Shown: positions 40,765 to 51,887, counted from the stretch's first letter. The stretch is 64,000 bases of DNA from a virus (IMGVR_UViG_3300028025_000089); one strand, 5' to 3'. The notes: generated from the letters alone by a model not told the origin. Translations and numbers: made by a program.

Positions 40765-42563
40765 TGACAGTAGATCCAACAACAAATATTATATTATCGA
40801 CTGAAAGATTTAAAGGAGCACCAAGAACCGATCAGTTTATTAATGTTCCTTTTGCGCAGAGTAATAAAGAAATCATTGAGTTTGATAGAAGTGTTGATTT
40901 AAACTTGGCCACGGTATTTGATGAGGAAAGACAATTATCAACCACTTTTAGACCCGTAACAAAGTTTACCATTTTATTTGAAAATGCTTATACCGGATCA
41001 ACTAACTACACACCATTCAGAGACAATTTATATTATACAAACGCAGTAAACAACGCAGTTGCATATTACTATCAAGGAATTCCTTCCGTTCCACCTAACG
41101 CTACGGATCAAACAGTTTTATGGGATGGTTTTCCACAATATCCTGAATTTGACTTTATTAGAACCGACTATGATGTTTCAGGATATACTTTTGGAAATGG
41201 AAGACATTTGGATTTTTATAAAGTTAGTGCGTCCACATATAACTGGTCACATTATATAAGTTATGCTTACACCAACGATTACAATAAACAACTTTATGCT
41301 ATTGAACCACAAACAACTCTTTCTTGGAGTTGGATTGCTTCAGATGGTATACCTTTTTATATAAAGACAGGAACTGATAACTTGGTTAGAGATATTCAGT
41401 TTAAATGTCCTGTCCCACACGGATTATCAGTGGGAGAATTTGTGCAATTATCTATAAACTATAACGGTAATTCATTTTTCCAAGTCACAAGTTTGGGGGA
41501 TCCTGCATCAGGATCTGACATTTATATCTTCAACCTTAGAAACGTTGGATATACAGGAACAACTTTTTTCACGAACACTCAAGGAACTTTTAAACGAATA
41601 ATAAATTTAGCCAATTCGGCTGACACCATATCAAAATATTATATTAGAAAACATAAAATAATCACAAATTATGATTGTGCTGTTTTAACAAATGCGGGGT
41701 TTGAGCAAAATGTTTATTTTGACAAAAAGAAATGTGAAGTAAAAGTATTAACTCCAAATCAAACACAAAGAACATCGGTTAAAGAAGGATCTAGATCTTA
41801 TAATTTATCATTCAACTGTGACGTTGATATAAACGGATTAAAAGATAATCAGAATAGACCTGTGTCTAATTTATATTTTACGACAATTTGGAGAGGTTAT
41901 TTTGGGTGGACTCAAAGACTAAAACAAGGGTGGTATTTTAACACATATTTAGATAACTTCCAACCACAAACTTGGTGGGATCAAAATAACCCCGATTCAA
42001 ATACCCCGATCAATCAAAATCAATATACATCGTTAGTGGGTCAAGGTCCATTCTTTTATAATGACTTTTTAACCACAGGAGATACTATTGATGGAGATTT
42101 TTGTGAATGGAATGATTTTGAACAATTTGAAAGAGTTATTTCAGAATACCAACATAAAATAACTTATAATGCAAATTGGTTTTCATTATCAGAACCACCA
42201 CAAAGTGTTACTAATCAATTTGGATATTTTTATTCACCACATTCACAAATACAAATTAGGGCTTTTTCTGATTATATTGAAGAAGGAAGTTCTCAAAATG
42301 TGGTTGGTATTCCAGATTACGCTTATTACTCAACAACAAATGCGTTGTTTAGATGGAGGGATCTTTATCCGTATGGATTTATTGATACCGATGGGGTTGG
42401 AGTTGATTATCCGTTTTTAAACAACTCACATTATCCATATAAAAATACAATATTTAGAATAACTCCCGAAAATTATAATATACCTAGTGACTATGCAACA
42501 ATAGGTCAAGTTCCTGCGAACATAACAACAATTGCAGATCCGATTGCCGATGAATGCGAATAG
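40764..42563 (+). CDS. Putative structural protein (599 aa)
   Basis: TAATG-coupled, Asn/Thr/Tyr-rich and beta-rich, within the baseplate operon. Confidence 0.6.
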   Translation: MTVDPTTNIILSTERFKGAPRTDQFINVPFAQSNKEIIEFDRSVDLNLATVFDEERQLSTTFRPVTKFTILFENAYTGSTNYTPFRDNLYYTNAVNNAVAYYYQGIPSVPPNATDQTVLWDGFPQYPEFDFIRTDYDVSGYTFGNGRHLDFYKVSASTYNWSHYISYAYTNDYNKQLYAIEPQTTLSWSWIASDGIPFYIKTGTDNLVRDIQFKCPVPHGLSVGEFVQLSINYNGNSFFQVTSLGDPASGSDIYIFNLRNVGYTGTTFFTNTQGTFKRIINLANSADTISKYYIRKHKIITNYDCAVLTNAGFEQNVYFDKKKCEVKVLTPNQTQRTSVKEGSRSYNLSFNCDVDINGLKDNQNRPVSNLYFTTIWRGYFGWTQRLKQGWYFNTYLDNFQPQTWWDQNNPDSNTPINQNQYTSLVGQGPFFYNDFLTTGDTIDGDFCEWNDFEQFERVISEYQHKITYNANWFSLSEPPQSVTNQFGYFYSPHSQIQIRAFSDYIEEGSSQNVVGIPDYAYYSTTNALFRWRDLYPYGFIDTDGVGVDYPFLNNSHYPYKNTIFRITPENYNIPSDYATIGQVPANITTIADPIADECE

Positions 42564-43362
42564 AATTAGAATAGTAAAAGACGACATCGATAAGTTTGTT
42601 AATATACCAATTAACATGCAATGGGACTTTATGGGTCGTGATGATAGTATTTCAGAGTATGAAGTCGACGCTTTAAAACAAGTTACGGGAGCACCCGCAG
42701 ATTTTGAAATTTCAAGATTTGCACATAATATTTTTCCTAATACAGAAAGTGCAATAAATTATGAATTTAATTTTTATGATTATTTGCAACCTATAACCGC
42801 AAATACAATTCCTTTAACCGCTTGGACTAATTCATATTTGAATAATGGATTTTCAGTTCAAGACGTTTATTACTTTTCAAAACCTTTCACAAAGTCTTTT
42901 TTTAAATTGGACTTTTATGATACGACAGAAGAAAGGACACAACAAATTTATCTTTCTGTTATTTTACCAACTCAACAAGGATTAACTCAAACGGCAATAT
43001 TAAGTAATTTAGTTCCGTTAGTTGAAATCAAAAGACCATTTATGTCATTAGATTATATTGGATCAGATAAAGAAGGATTTTTTATTTATTGGTTAAGAAA
43101 TAGAGACTTTATTGATATATCGTCATTTTATATGACGGCCAAATTCTTTGATGCAAGACAAGGAGTTTTCAAACAAATGACAAATACAAGACAAGATTTA
43201 ATAACACCAAGTAAGTTCCAATTTAATAATGCGGACTATTTTTATTATAAGGTGGATATGAATTACACAAATAAAACATATGAAGTGTTTTCAACATCAA
43301 CAACTTTACGAGTTGGAGATTTGAACTCACCGATAAAATGGTATGAATACGTTAATCCATAA
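42550..43362 (+). CDS. Putative structural protein
   Basis: Likely start at ATG 42550 (MNANRIRIV), overlapping the previous stop; operon context. Confidence 0.6.
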   Translation: MNANRIRIVKDDIDKFVNIPINMQWDFMGRDDSISEYEVDALKQVTGAPADFEISRFAHNIFPNTESAINYEFNFYDYLQPITANTIPLTAWTNSYLNNGFSVQDVYYFSKPFTKSFFKLDFYDTTEERTQQIYLSVILPTQQGLTQTAILSNLVPLVEIKRPFMSLDYIGSDKEGFFIYWLRNRDFIDISSFYMTAKFFDARQGVFKQMTNTRQDLITPSKFQFNNADYFYYKVDMNYTNKTYEVFSTSTTLRVGDLNSPIKWYEYVNP

Positions 43363-44537
43363 TGGAGTTACAAGAATATAAGTTTACGGTATCACCGGGG
43401 AATATCAAAGGTGATTTAGTTTTTGTTCCGTATACAGGTGAAACTGACGTAACAACAATTATTGATCCATGTTGTTTAACGGCATCTACGGTAAGTGCCA
43501 CAACAACAGGAACAACAGGGGTATATCTACCAATGGATTATGTTTTAAGTGGAAACACAGGTGGAACTTCATTTTTGACTGGTCTATCAGTAAACATAAT
43601 GATTACTGAGTCTACCGTTGATTTAGGTTATTATTCACCTTTTGATGGTTTAATATTACAAGCTGACGTATTAAATAACTTTATTGTTACAGCAGACACA
43701 ATAACTCCTTATTCATATACATTTTACAACACATCAGATTTAGAACTAATAAAGTTTCTACAACTTGTGACATATACGTTGGATTGGGGTGATGGAACAC
43801 CACCACAAGCCGTTTTAGGTATATCACCTATAACACACACCTATCCAAATTCAATTAATAACTATACTATAACTTTAACTGCCAACTCGCCGTGGGGTAT
43901 ATCAAAAGTTCAAAAACCTGTTATAACACCATATAGCGCAGCAACAATACCAAACCCACAAGGATCAATAACCTTTTTTCCTGCTGGGGGATCTTGGTCG
44001 GCAACCCCAATAAGTTATGATTATCTTTTTACAGGAGATTCAAACACAAATGTAAGTGATTATTATTCATATAACTACACATCTGTTCCATTTCCAATTA
44101 CAGGTATAACAGAATCAACGTTGAATGATCTAGCACAATTTGGACCCAAAGTCAATTTATCAGGAGGAAAGTTCAAGTTAGGAATACAAGTAACAGGAAC
44201 CACAGGTGCGATTGGAACTTATTATGGGCCTGACATAACTAATACATATACAGCATACACAATGAATGGTGTTATCTATCATGATTATGAAGATTTCACA
44301 ATATATTTTGCTGATTCATATGGTATTGTTTCGGGTGATACGGTATTATCAGCCCTAACAAAAAACGAAGCATTATTAAATGTTATTGACCAACCTGAAA
44401 TTATAACTAATGTTTATATAGAAAGGGGGAAATACACTCCTTTAGAAAATGTTATGAGATTGGGTGAGGTGGATAACGTTGGTGATTTAGAAAAATACGG
44501 ATACAAATATTTTACAGTAGAAAAAGTATCAACATAA
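43362..44537 (+). CDS. Putative structural protein with a PKD/Ig-like domain
   Basis: YTLDWGDGT...ITHTY...YTITLTA PKD signature. Confidence 0.7.
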   Translation: MELQEYKFTVSPGNIKGDLVFVPYTGETDVTTIIDPCCLTASTVSATTTGTTGVYLPMDYVLSGNTGGTSFLTGLSVNIMITESTVDLGYYSPFDGLILQADVLNNFIVTADTITPYSYTFYNTSDLELIKFLQLVTYTLDWGDGTPPQAVLGISPITHTYPNSINNYTITLTANSPWGISKVQKPVITPYSAATIPNPQGSITFFPAGGSWSATPISYDYLFTGDSNTNVSDYYSYNYTSVPFPITGITESTLNDLAQFGPKVNLSGGKFKLGIQVTGTTGAIGTYYGPDITNTYTAYTMNGVIYHDYEDFTIYFADSYGIVSGDTVLSALTKNEALLNVIDQPEIITNVYIERGKYTPLENVMRLGEVDNVGDLEKYGYKYFTVEKVST

Positions 44538-44538
44538 C

Positions 44539-44545
44539 TATTTAT
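44539..44545 (+). promoter_or_regulatory. TATTTAT motif
   Basis: 20 nt upstream of the ATG at 44566. Confidence 0.55.
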
Positions 44546-44565
44546 AAAAAAGTAATAAAAAAAGA

Positions 44566-45471
44566 ATGGCAACTGGTAACTATGGAACTATAAGACCGGC
44601 AGATGTAAGTCCCGAAGACGTGCAGATTGTTTTGGTTTATACCGAATCAAGAGACGACACACAAAACTTTTCATTAACGACTTTGAACGCACAAGACGTT
44701 CTTAGACCTTATTTCAATAATAATGCAACGGGAGGAAACACCGTTGAGATTTTGGGTGGTTTGTATAATTTAAAACTACCTGCAGATCAATTCAACAGAT
44801 TGGGGATTTATTCTTTGATGATAAGACCGGCTGAAATTAGAACAACAATTACAGATTGTGGAGTTTTATCTTCATTACCAAATGTTAAAGGAATTGTGAT
44901 TGATTTGAATAATGTTCCTGCTCAGTCAAGAAATAAATTTGTGAATCAAGGTTTAGTTGGTTTCAGAGTTGAATATTTAAATCCAGATGGGACTAAAATA
45001 CCAAACTTCTTTAGAATTATAACATCATCTTTCTATTGTGAACCTGTTGTTCAAAACTTAACAAACACGATTCAAAAATCGATAAGATATAGATATGTTG
45101 AAGGATCAACAAACTTATTGTTTTGCACATTATCACCTTCATCGTCGCCGACTAATAAACCAAGTGCAACACCTTATATTGGTCAGCCAAATCAAAATAT
45201 TATAATAACAAATACATTTTTTAATCCAATAAGCGTGGAAATTGAAATCGTCGACCAAGACATTTCAACACTTGCAATTGCTCTTTATGGAAATCAAACT
45301 AAATCTATTGAGGATGGTATTTACACCATTTACGATTCTAATAACAATATATACAAACAATACAACTTGTATGAAATTAAAGATCAGTTTAATGCTCTTC
45401 TTTATGAAGTTAGACAAGATCGTGGTGAAAATATTGACTTCTCAAAGGCATTTAACAACATCATCGCTTAA
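44566..45471 (+). CDS. Putative baseplate/structural protein (301 aa)
   Basis: Late-type motif upstream, coupled to the gp7/gpI-like gene; no family recognised. Confidence 0.6.
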   Translation: MATGNYGTIRPADVSPEDVQIVLVYTESRDDTQNFSLTTLNAQDVLRPYFNNNATGGNTVEILGGLYNLKLPADQFNRLGIYSLMIRPAEIRTTITDCGVLSSLPNVKGIVIDLNNVPAQSRNKFVNQGLVGFRVEYLNPDGTKIPNFFRIITSSFYCEPVVQNLTNTIQKSIRYRYVEGSTNLLFCTLSPSSSPTNKPSATPYIGQPNQNIIITNTFFNPISVEIEIVDQDISTLAIALYGNQTKSIEDGIYTIYDSNNNIYKQYNLYEIKDQFNALLYEVRQDRGENIDFSKAFNNIIA

Positions 45472-48458
45472 TGGCAACAAATAAATTTACTTGTCCACCT
45501 CAAAGTAGTGCCGCTAACGAGTTCTCAAACAATTTAGTCGGAGTTCAACTTGTTACTGGTGGTGGTTTAACGCAAGCAAATTTTAATTTTACCACAGGTA
45601 TATCTGAAAAACAAAACAGGACTTTTAACATAGGGACTTTTTCAGACCCAATTAATTTAGAGTCTATTAATATAGAAAGTCAGGCTGAGGCTAATATTAT
45701 ATTAGCAAACAACTACAGGGTTTATCCGAATTATGATTTATCACAAGTTACAAATTTTACCCAATACGGGTCTTTAGTTAAAAGACTTTCAACTTCAATT
45801 ACAAAAATTATTAACTACTTTCCTGCGGGATTGGAGGTTAATTCAACAAACCCATCATTTATAACACAAGAAACCGCATTCAACATTACATTTGATTCGG
45901 TTGAAAATGACACAACATTTGAGGTTTATTTATCATCAATTCAAAACCCATTTGAAATTGATTATTCGGTTAATAGCGATATTAATATGCGTTTTAACGA
46001 AATGGATGTGTCACCATTAAGAAACATGACAAGGGAGTTCAAAAAATATGTCTTGTATGTAAATGGTAATCAATATCCTGTAAATTATTTATATCCTACT
46101 GATAGTTCATCGACAACACTAAAACTTATTGTTGATGGTGATCCGTTTAGTGGGGCGACAATATCTTTTGATTACTTAGTGATTAGACCAAGTGATTATG
46201 AAACAAATAAAGTTTTTAATTTAGATTTTGATCCTGTTGAAAACTTTTTATTAAACAGACAAATAACACCGGCTTACACCGCGCAATTTATTGTTCCAAG
46301 AGAACAAGAAGATGGGACGGTTTCGGTTACAAAAGAAACCGCGACTTGGCCAAGAGCTGGGTTATGGAATATTGATATAACATCAGTTTCGTTTGATAAT
46401 TATTTAACAAAAATTAATGACTTTGCAATTAATTTGGATCAGTATCAAACAAACATATTATCAAGGTTTTTAACGACAGGAGCATTAAAAGAATTCGATA
46501 CACCAGATCAAAGGTTTGAAAAATTACTTCAAATTTATGGAAGAAGTTTTGATGAAACAAAAACATTTATAAGTGCTTTAGGTAATATTAATAGTGTTCA
46601 CTACACGGTCAAAAATGATATACCTTCACAATTACTTAAAAATTTAGCACAGACATTAGGTTGGGTTACAAACTTTTCACCAATATCACAAGAAGAGTTA
46701 TTACAAGCGGTATTCACAACTCAACCAAATACTTTCCCTGGTCTTCAAATTGGACCAACACCTGAAGAAGTTAATTATCAATTTTATAGAAATATAATTG
46801 TAAATTCAGCATACCTTTTCAAATCAAAAGGGACAAGAAAATCTATTGAGGCTCTTTTAAGAATGATTGGAGCACCTGACGCTTTAATTGATTTTCAAGA
46901 ATATGTTTATGTTGCTGATCAACGAATTAATATGAGCGAGTTTAATCAACAATATGCTCAAATTAGTTTAGGAACTTTAACAACTCAAATACCGGTTTTA
47001 GACACCGCAGATGTATTTTCAATTCAAGGAATTCAATATACAGGATTTACAACAACATCAACAAACACAAACGTGTTGACTACAAGAAATGATTATCCTG
47101 TTGATGAATTTGGTTGTCCAAAAATGCCAACAGCGACCGAAACATATTTCTTTCAAATTGGTGGAGGTTGGTTTGAATCAACACCACAACACAGAATGCC
47201 CGAGTTTGCAATTCCAACAAATCAGGTATTCACAGGAAATAACCCAAATTATCAAACACAAATACTTCCATTTAATTATGGAGAAGAGTATCTACAAAGA
47301 TATAGACAATTTCCATATATGGATATGGGTTATGTGTTACGAAGAGTTTCAGATAATAAGAAAAGTTGGGTTGATACAAACCCAACATTAAGAACAAGTT
47401 TCGAAGGAAACTTTAACGCATACTATGAAGTTGGTGAAGAATGTTTAGTGTTGAATGTTAAAAACGTTGATATAATGTTAAACCCTGGTCAAGGATTATC
47501 ATATGACGTGTGGTATATGTCTAATCAGTATAATTTCCCAATACCAGAACAAGGTTTGTTTTATACACCACCATCACCTTGTAGTATTCCTAACCCATAT
47601 CCTAAATTAGGTGGGGTGGATTGGACAACAATAGTTCCAAAACCAAAACAAAAAACTTTCTTTGAGTTTGCGCAGACCTTTTGGAGAAATATGATTAACA
47701 CCCGAAATCGTCAATTTATTACTGATGGAAAAACTGGGGGTTACCCAACATTACAATCAATTTATTGGAGATATTTAGAATCACAAAAATTGGCAGGAGT
47801 TCCAAACAATAACTATACATACCAAACGATGATTGATTTTGTTAATGGTATGGGTGATTATTGGATTCAGTTTATAGAACAAATGGTTCCGGCAACCACA
47901 ATTTGGAACACAGGGGTTAGATTAGAAAATTCAATATTTCATAGACAAAAGTTTGTATGGAGAAGACAAGAAGGTTGTAAAATACTTCCTGTTCCTTGTA
48001 AACCATGTAGTCTTACAACACAACTTTATGTTTACGATTGTCCTGTTCAAAGTGTAACATGCGGGTTATATCCTTGGACGACAGATCCAAACACAACATC
48101 ATTTGGTGTGGTATTAAACCAAACACTCCAAGACTATTTTACATCACAAGGTATTAACCCTGGTCAGTGTCAATTGAATTCAACAGTTTCAAATTGGTTT
48201 GTTGATATAAGAGTTAATGGATTACTTATTACTCAATATGGTTTCTTTACAGGAATCGGAACTTCAGGTTATCCATCAAGTTCACAATGGTTACAAGGAT
48301 TGCAAGAAGCTTTGGATGGTTTACTAACAAGTGGTTATAGTTATAATATTGATGAAGATACAAATGAATTAGTGGTCTTTAATAATAATTGTTTACCAAA
48401 CTTTGATGACTTTGAATTGAATGTTGGAATAAACTTTGAAACTTACTGTAACGCATAA
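45471..48458 (+). CDS. Baseplate wedge protein with a gpI/gp7-like core (995 aa)
   Basis: LLKNLAQTLGW...YRNIIVNSAYLFKSKGTRKSIEALLRMIG matches the tail-protein-I KGT motif. Confidence 0.7.
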   Translation: MATNKFTCPPQSSAANEFSNNLVGVQLVTGGGLTQANFNFTTGISEKQNRTFNIGTFSDPINLESINIESQAEANIILANNYRVYPNYDLSQVTNFTQYGSLVKRLSTSITKIINYFPAGLEVNSTNPSFITQETAFNITFDSVENDTTFEVYLSSIQNPFEIDYSVNSDINMRFNEMDVSPLRNMTREFKKYVLYVNGNQYPVNYLYPTDSSSTTLKLIVDGDPFSGATISFDYLVIRPSDYETNKVFNLDFDPVENFLLNRQITPAYTAQFIVPREQEDGTVSVTKETATWPRAGLWNIDITSVSFDNYLTKINDFAINLDQYQTNILSRFLTTGALKEFDTPDQRFEKLLQIYGRSFDETKTFISALGNINSVHYTVKNDIPSQLLKNLAQTLGWVTNFSPISQEELLQAVFTTQPNTFPGLQIGPTPEEVNYQFYRNIIVNSAYLFKSKGTRKSIEALLRMIGAPDALIDFQEYVYVADQRINMSEFNQQYAQISLGTLTTQIPVLDTADVFSIQGIQYTGFTTTSTNTNVLTTRNDYPVDEFGCPKMPTATETYFFQIGGGWFESTPQHRMPEFAIPTNQVFTGNNPNYQTQILPFNYGEEYLQRYRQFPYMDMGYVLRRVSDNKKSWVDTNPTLRTSFEGNFNAYYEVGEECLVLNVKNVDIMLNPGQGLSYDVWYMSNQYNFPIPEQGLFYTPPSPCSIPNPYPKLGGVDWTTIVPKPKQKTFFEFAQTFWRNMINTRNRQFITDGKTGGYPTLQSIYWRYLESQKLAGVPNNNYTYQTMIDFVNGMGDYWIQFIEQMVPATTIWNTGVRLENSIFHRQKFVWRRQEGCKILPVPCKPCSLTTQLYVYDCPVQSVTCGLYPWTTDPNTTSFGVVLNQTLQDYFTSQGINPGQCQLNSTVSNWFVDIRVNGLLITQYGFFTGIGTSGYPSSSQWLQGLQEALDGLLTSGYSYNIDEDTNELVVFNNNCLPNFDDFELNVGINFETYCNA

Positions 48459-50644
48459 TGAGTATAACAATTTATAATTATAGTGTAACTGGTGATTGTA
48501 GTAATACGGGGTCAGGAGCATTTTCATTTGACATTACAGGAACAACACCTCCTTTTGCCGTAACGTGTATTAGTTCAGGTTGTAGTTTACCAACCTCAGC
48601 AACCACAACTTCTTATGGTGTTTCAGGAATTACCGCTGACACATATTTTTTACAAGTCGTTGATGGATCGTCAAATAATTACGTTCAGGCTGTTTATATA
48701 TCATCAGGAACAACCGCAACGATTGATTCTGAAAATACAACGTGTGGGTTGAGTAATGGATCTATTACAGGATATACTTCAGGTGTTTATAATATTGCAA
48801 CATTTAGTTTGTATGATGGACTTAACAATTTAGTCACCTCATCACAAGTTTCGAATAATTATTATAATTTCACATCTCTTTCTGCTGGAACATATTATAT
48901 AGTTGCTGATGATGGTGGTGGTTGCACAGGAATCACAGCCTCAGTAATTGTTACACCATCAACAGGTTTTACTTTTGGTGGTTATGTTGTTGATGACGCA
49001 AGTTGTAACGGAGTTGGAAGTGGAAAAATATTTCTTACAGGTTTAACATTACCTTCATCCGCATATACAATAAATTGGTCACCAAATGTTAATGGACAAA
49101 CAGGAACAACTGTTACAGGTTTAACGGGGGGAACTTATATAGTCACAGTAACAGATCCTATTAATTGTTCTAATACACAATCATTTAATGTTCAAGCCGT
49201 TGATCCTTTGGGTTCAGGTGGTTTTATTACTATATCACAACCAACTTGTTTTGCTAATGACGGTGAAGTTGAATTTATTGTGACAGGAGGAACTCCTCCA
49301 TATTTCTTTAGCGGTTCGTCAGGTCAAGTTGATGTTACGTTTGCATCATCAGTAACATTTACTGGTTTATCATCGGGTATTTATTCGTTTTTAGTTACAG
49401 ATGCAGGACTATGCACCATATACGATTCGGTTTCAATGTTGACACCAAACTCATTCACTACGGTTGCGGTTAACACAACACCATCTTTTTGTTCTCAAAA
49501 CTCGGGATCTATTCAGGTTATAGTTGATAATGGATTGAGCACAGAACCAAGTTTATTAATTTCAATATCAGGAACAAGCGGAACACAACAAGTTGGAAGT
49601 TTAGGAAACCCAACTCAAACATTCAACGGACTTCCAAATGGGACTTATTTAATCACCGTTCAATCAACAAGTTGCACTTATACCGCAACAACTAATATAA
49701 CTTCTGTTGATTTATTTACGGTTACAGCATCAACAACAGGAACAACTTGTGGTGGTAATAATGGTATTTTAGATGTTGTAGTTTCAACAGGAGGAACATT
49801 ACCATACATATTTACTCTTACGGGACCAACTTATAGTCCTGTAACCACAACAACTTTTTTATCTACATTTACAAATCTTAAATATGGTAATTATACCTTG
49901 ACAGTTCAAGATTCAGGATCACCGAGTTGTAGTCAAACCTATAATGTTTATATTGATGATAGTCAAAATGTATTTTTTAATTTAATACCATCACAACCAA
50001 TTACAGGAAATGATGGGGCAATTACCACATATATTCTATCGGGAGTTCCGACCTTCAATCTAACATGGAGTAGTAATGTTAATGGTCAAACAGGATCAAC
50101 TGTGACAGGACTAACGGCAGGGACTTATACTTTGACGGTTGTTGATAGTGAAGATTGTTCCTTGACAAAATCAATTACATTAACGGGAACTAAAAAATAT
50201 AGTGATTACAGATACTATAATATTTGTGATAATACATTTGCAGACACGGGAACGGTAACCAAAAGAAGTATGAGAGCAATGTATTTGGAAGGTTTTTCTG
50301 ATCTTACAAGTGGGGATACAAATTGTATTATAAACGAAGCAACGTTTTCGATATATGCACAAGTTGGATCACAATCCGCTCAAACACAATTCTACACTTC
50401 AAGTGGATCAACCGATTACCCAACAGATGTTTTGTGGGCTCAAACGATTGTTGAAACCTTAGATTCATTTGTAGGTATTTCAGGAACTACCGTCGACATA
50501 GTATCAAATAGAATAACAATAACCACAACATGTGAAGACATACCAAAAGGGTGTGAAATAGTCCCTTTGAATCCATTACAAGATAATGAGATTATTGTTA
50601 AGTTAGTTATTGATTATGATATATCTTGTGTAAGCTGTAGTTAA
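48458..50644 (+). CDS. SprB-repeat adhesin-like tail fibre/appendage protein
   Basis: Repeated C...NG.I.v..tGGT.PY and W..NGQTG.TVTGLT.GTY.vTV.D..C units. Confidence 0.75.
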   Translation: MSITIYNYSVTGDCSNTGSGAFSFDITGTTPPFAVTCISSGCSLPTSATTTSYGVSGITADTYFLQVVDGSSNNYVQAVYISSGTTATIDSENTTCGLSNGSITGYTSGVYNIATFSLYDGLNNLVTSSQVSNNYYNFTSLSAGTYYIVADDGGGCTGITASVIVTPSTGFTFGGYVVDDASCNGVGSGKIFLTGLTLPSSAYTINWSPNVNGQTGTTVTGLTGGTYIVTVTDPINCSNTQSFNVQAVDPLGSGGFITISQPTCFANDGEVEFIVTGGTPPYFFSGSSGQVDVTFASSVTFTGLSSGIYSFLVTDAGLCTIYDSVSMLTPNSFTTVAVNTTPSFCSQNSGSIQVIVDNGLSTEPSLLISISGTSGTQQVGSLGNPTQTFNGLPNGTYLITVQSTSCTYTATTNITSVDLFTVTASTTGTTCGGNNGILDVVVSTGGTLPYIFTLTGPTYSPVTTTTFLSTFTNLKYGNYTLTVQDSGSPSCSQTYNVYIDDSQNVFFNLIPSQPITGNDGAITTYILSGVPTFNLTWSSNVNGQTGSTVTGLTAGTYTLTVVDSEDCSLTKSITLTGTKKYSDYRYYNICDNTFADTGTVTKRSMRAMYLEGFSDLTSGDTNCIINEATFSIYAQVGSQSAQTQFYTSSGSTDYPTDVLWAQTIVETLDSFVGISGTTVDIVSNRITITTTCEDIPKGCEIVPLNPLQDNEIIVKLVIDYDISCVSCS

Positions 50645-50647
50645 TTT

Positions 50648-50872
50648 ATGTCAAACCAAATAACAATAACTTCTGTTACAGGATTAACAACCCCATTTAG
50701 TGGATACTGTTGTGACGTATATGGAAATCAATGTTCATTTGTTGGAGTGATTAGTAGTTTACCAACAACAATAACTTTACCAAATCAGTTTAACACCGCT
50801 CCTGCGATAGGTTTAAAACTTAATGATGGTGCTGGATGTGAAACTTTAGAAACAATTTACTGTTCTTCATAA
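50648..50872 (+). CDS. Small Cys-containing beta-sandwich protein, paralogue of 58737..58955
   Basis: QITITSVTGLTTPF..Y.CD.....C...I aligns by eye with QITISSLSGLSPF.VY.CD.....C...I. Confidence 0.7.
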   Translation: MSNQITITSVTGLTTPFSGYCCDVYGNQCSFVGVISSLPTTITLPNQFNTAPAIGLKLNDGAGCETLETIYCSS

Positions 50873-50906
50873 TTCACTTTACATATTTTTCCTTTAATTT
50901 TTCTTT

Positions 50907-51887
50907 ATGGAAAAAATTTTATTTGTCACCGCACAACCTGACGTGCCATATTTTATTTGGCAAATCAAACTATACGTTCATAATTTCATAGAGAAAGGAA
51001 TTAACCCAAATCAAATCCACGTTATTTTTAGTTTACAAAATGAAAATAATGAACCGTCAAGAGAATCTTTACAGTTGAAAGATCTTGGGATTAATGTTCA
51101 TCACTTTGTTGATGAAAGGGTTAAAAAACATTATATACCATCAATAAAACCATTTTTAATTTCAAAGTGGATTCAAAAAAATCCTAAATACGGTGAGTTA
51201 TTTTTTCTTCACGATTCAGATATTATTTTTAACGAACTACCGAGTTTTGATCGGTTATTGAATGATGAGGTTTGTTACATGTCAGATACGATTGGATATA
51301 TTGGATATAACTACATTATGGATTGTTGTAAAAGATATGAAAGTCAAAACCCAACTTCTGAGAAAGGACAACTCATTTCTGAAATGGCAAATGTTGTTGG
51401 AGTTGATGTTGACACAATTAAACAAAATCAAAAAAATTCAGGAGGAGGTCAATACCTTTTTAAAAACACAAATTGTGAATTATGGGATAAAATGTATAAA
51501 GACTCAATAAAATTATACGATCAAATGTTAGATTATCAAAAACGTTTTCCGATCAATCCAGGTCAAATACAATTTTGGACCGCAGAAATGTGGGCAGTGT
51601 TGTGGAATCTTTGGTTATATGAATACGAAACAAAAATAATTTCAGATCTTGATTTTTCATGGGCTACTGACACCATTGAGATTTATAATTCAAAAAACAT
51701 ATTACACATGGCAGGTGTCACAGATGATCTAAAAACTACAAAATTCTATAAAGGTGATTATATTAATATTGACCCCATTTTGAAATTAAAGGAGGATGAA
51801 AACTTTTTTAATTACATAGATAAAAACAGTTCGACAATTAAATACATCGAAAACATGAAATCATATATAAAAAAATACGAAAATTGA
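50907..51887 (+). CDS. GT-A glycosyltransferase resembling peptide O-glycosyltransferases (GT96 SGT1 / GT95 HPAT-like)
   Basis: YFIWQ, YIPSIKPFLISKWI, LHDSDII (DxD), GYIG, SGGG and WTAEMW occur in the same order as recalled plant SGT1 motifs YFDWQ, YPAINKP...W, LDADMII, GYL.G, VGG, WISEMY. Confidence 0.65.
   Translation: MEKILFVTAQPDVPYFIWQIKLYVHNFIEKGINPNQIHVIFSLQNENNEPSRESLQLKDLGINVHHFVDERVKKHYIPSIKPFLISKWIQKNPKYGELFFLHDSDIIFNELPSFDRLLNDEVCYMSDTIGYIGYNYIMDCCKRYESQNPTSEKGQLISEMANVVGVDVDTIKQNQKNSGGGQYLFKNTNCELWDKMYKDSIKLYDQMLDYQKRFPINPGQIQFWTAEMWAVLWNLWLYEYETKIISDLDFSWATDTIEIYNSKNILHMAGVTDDLKTTKFYKGDYINIDPILKLKEDENFFNYIDKNSSTIKYIENMKSYIKKYEN

Noticed and set aside
49071-50130. Near-duplicate DNA (NVNGQTG.TVTGLT.GTY) as a DGR template/variable repeat pair
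   Set aside because: Both copies are in frame in one gene, differences are mostly synonymous and not adenine-specific, and no reverse transcriptase is in the window; these are ordinary SprB repeats.
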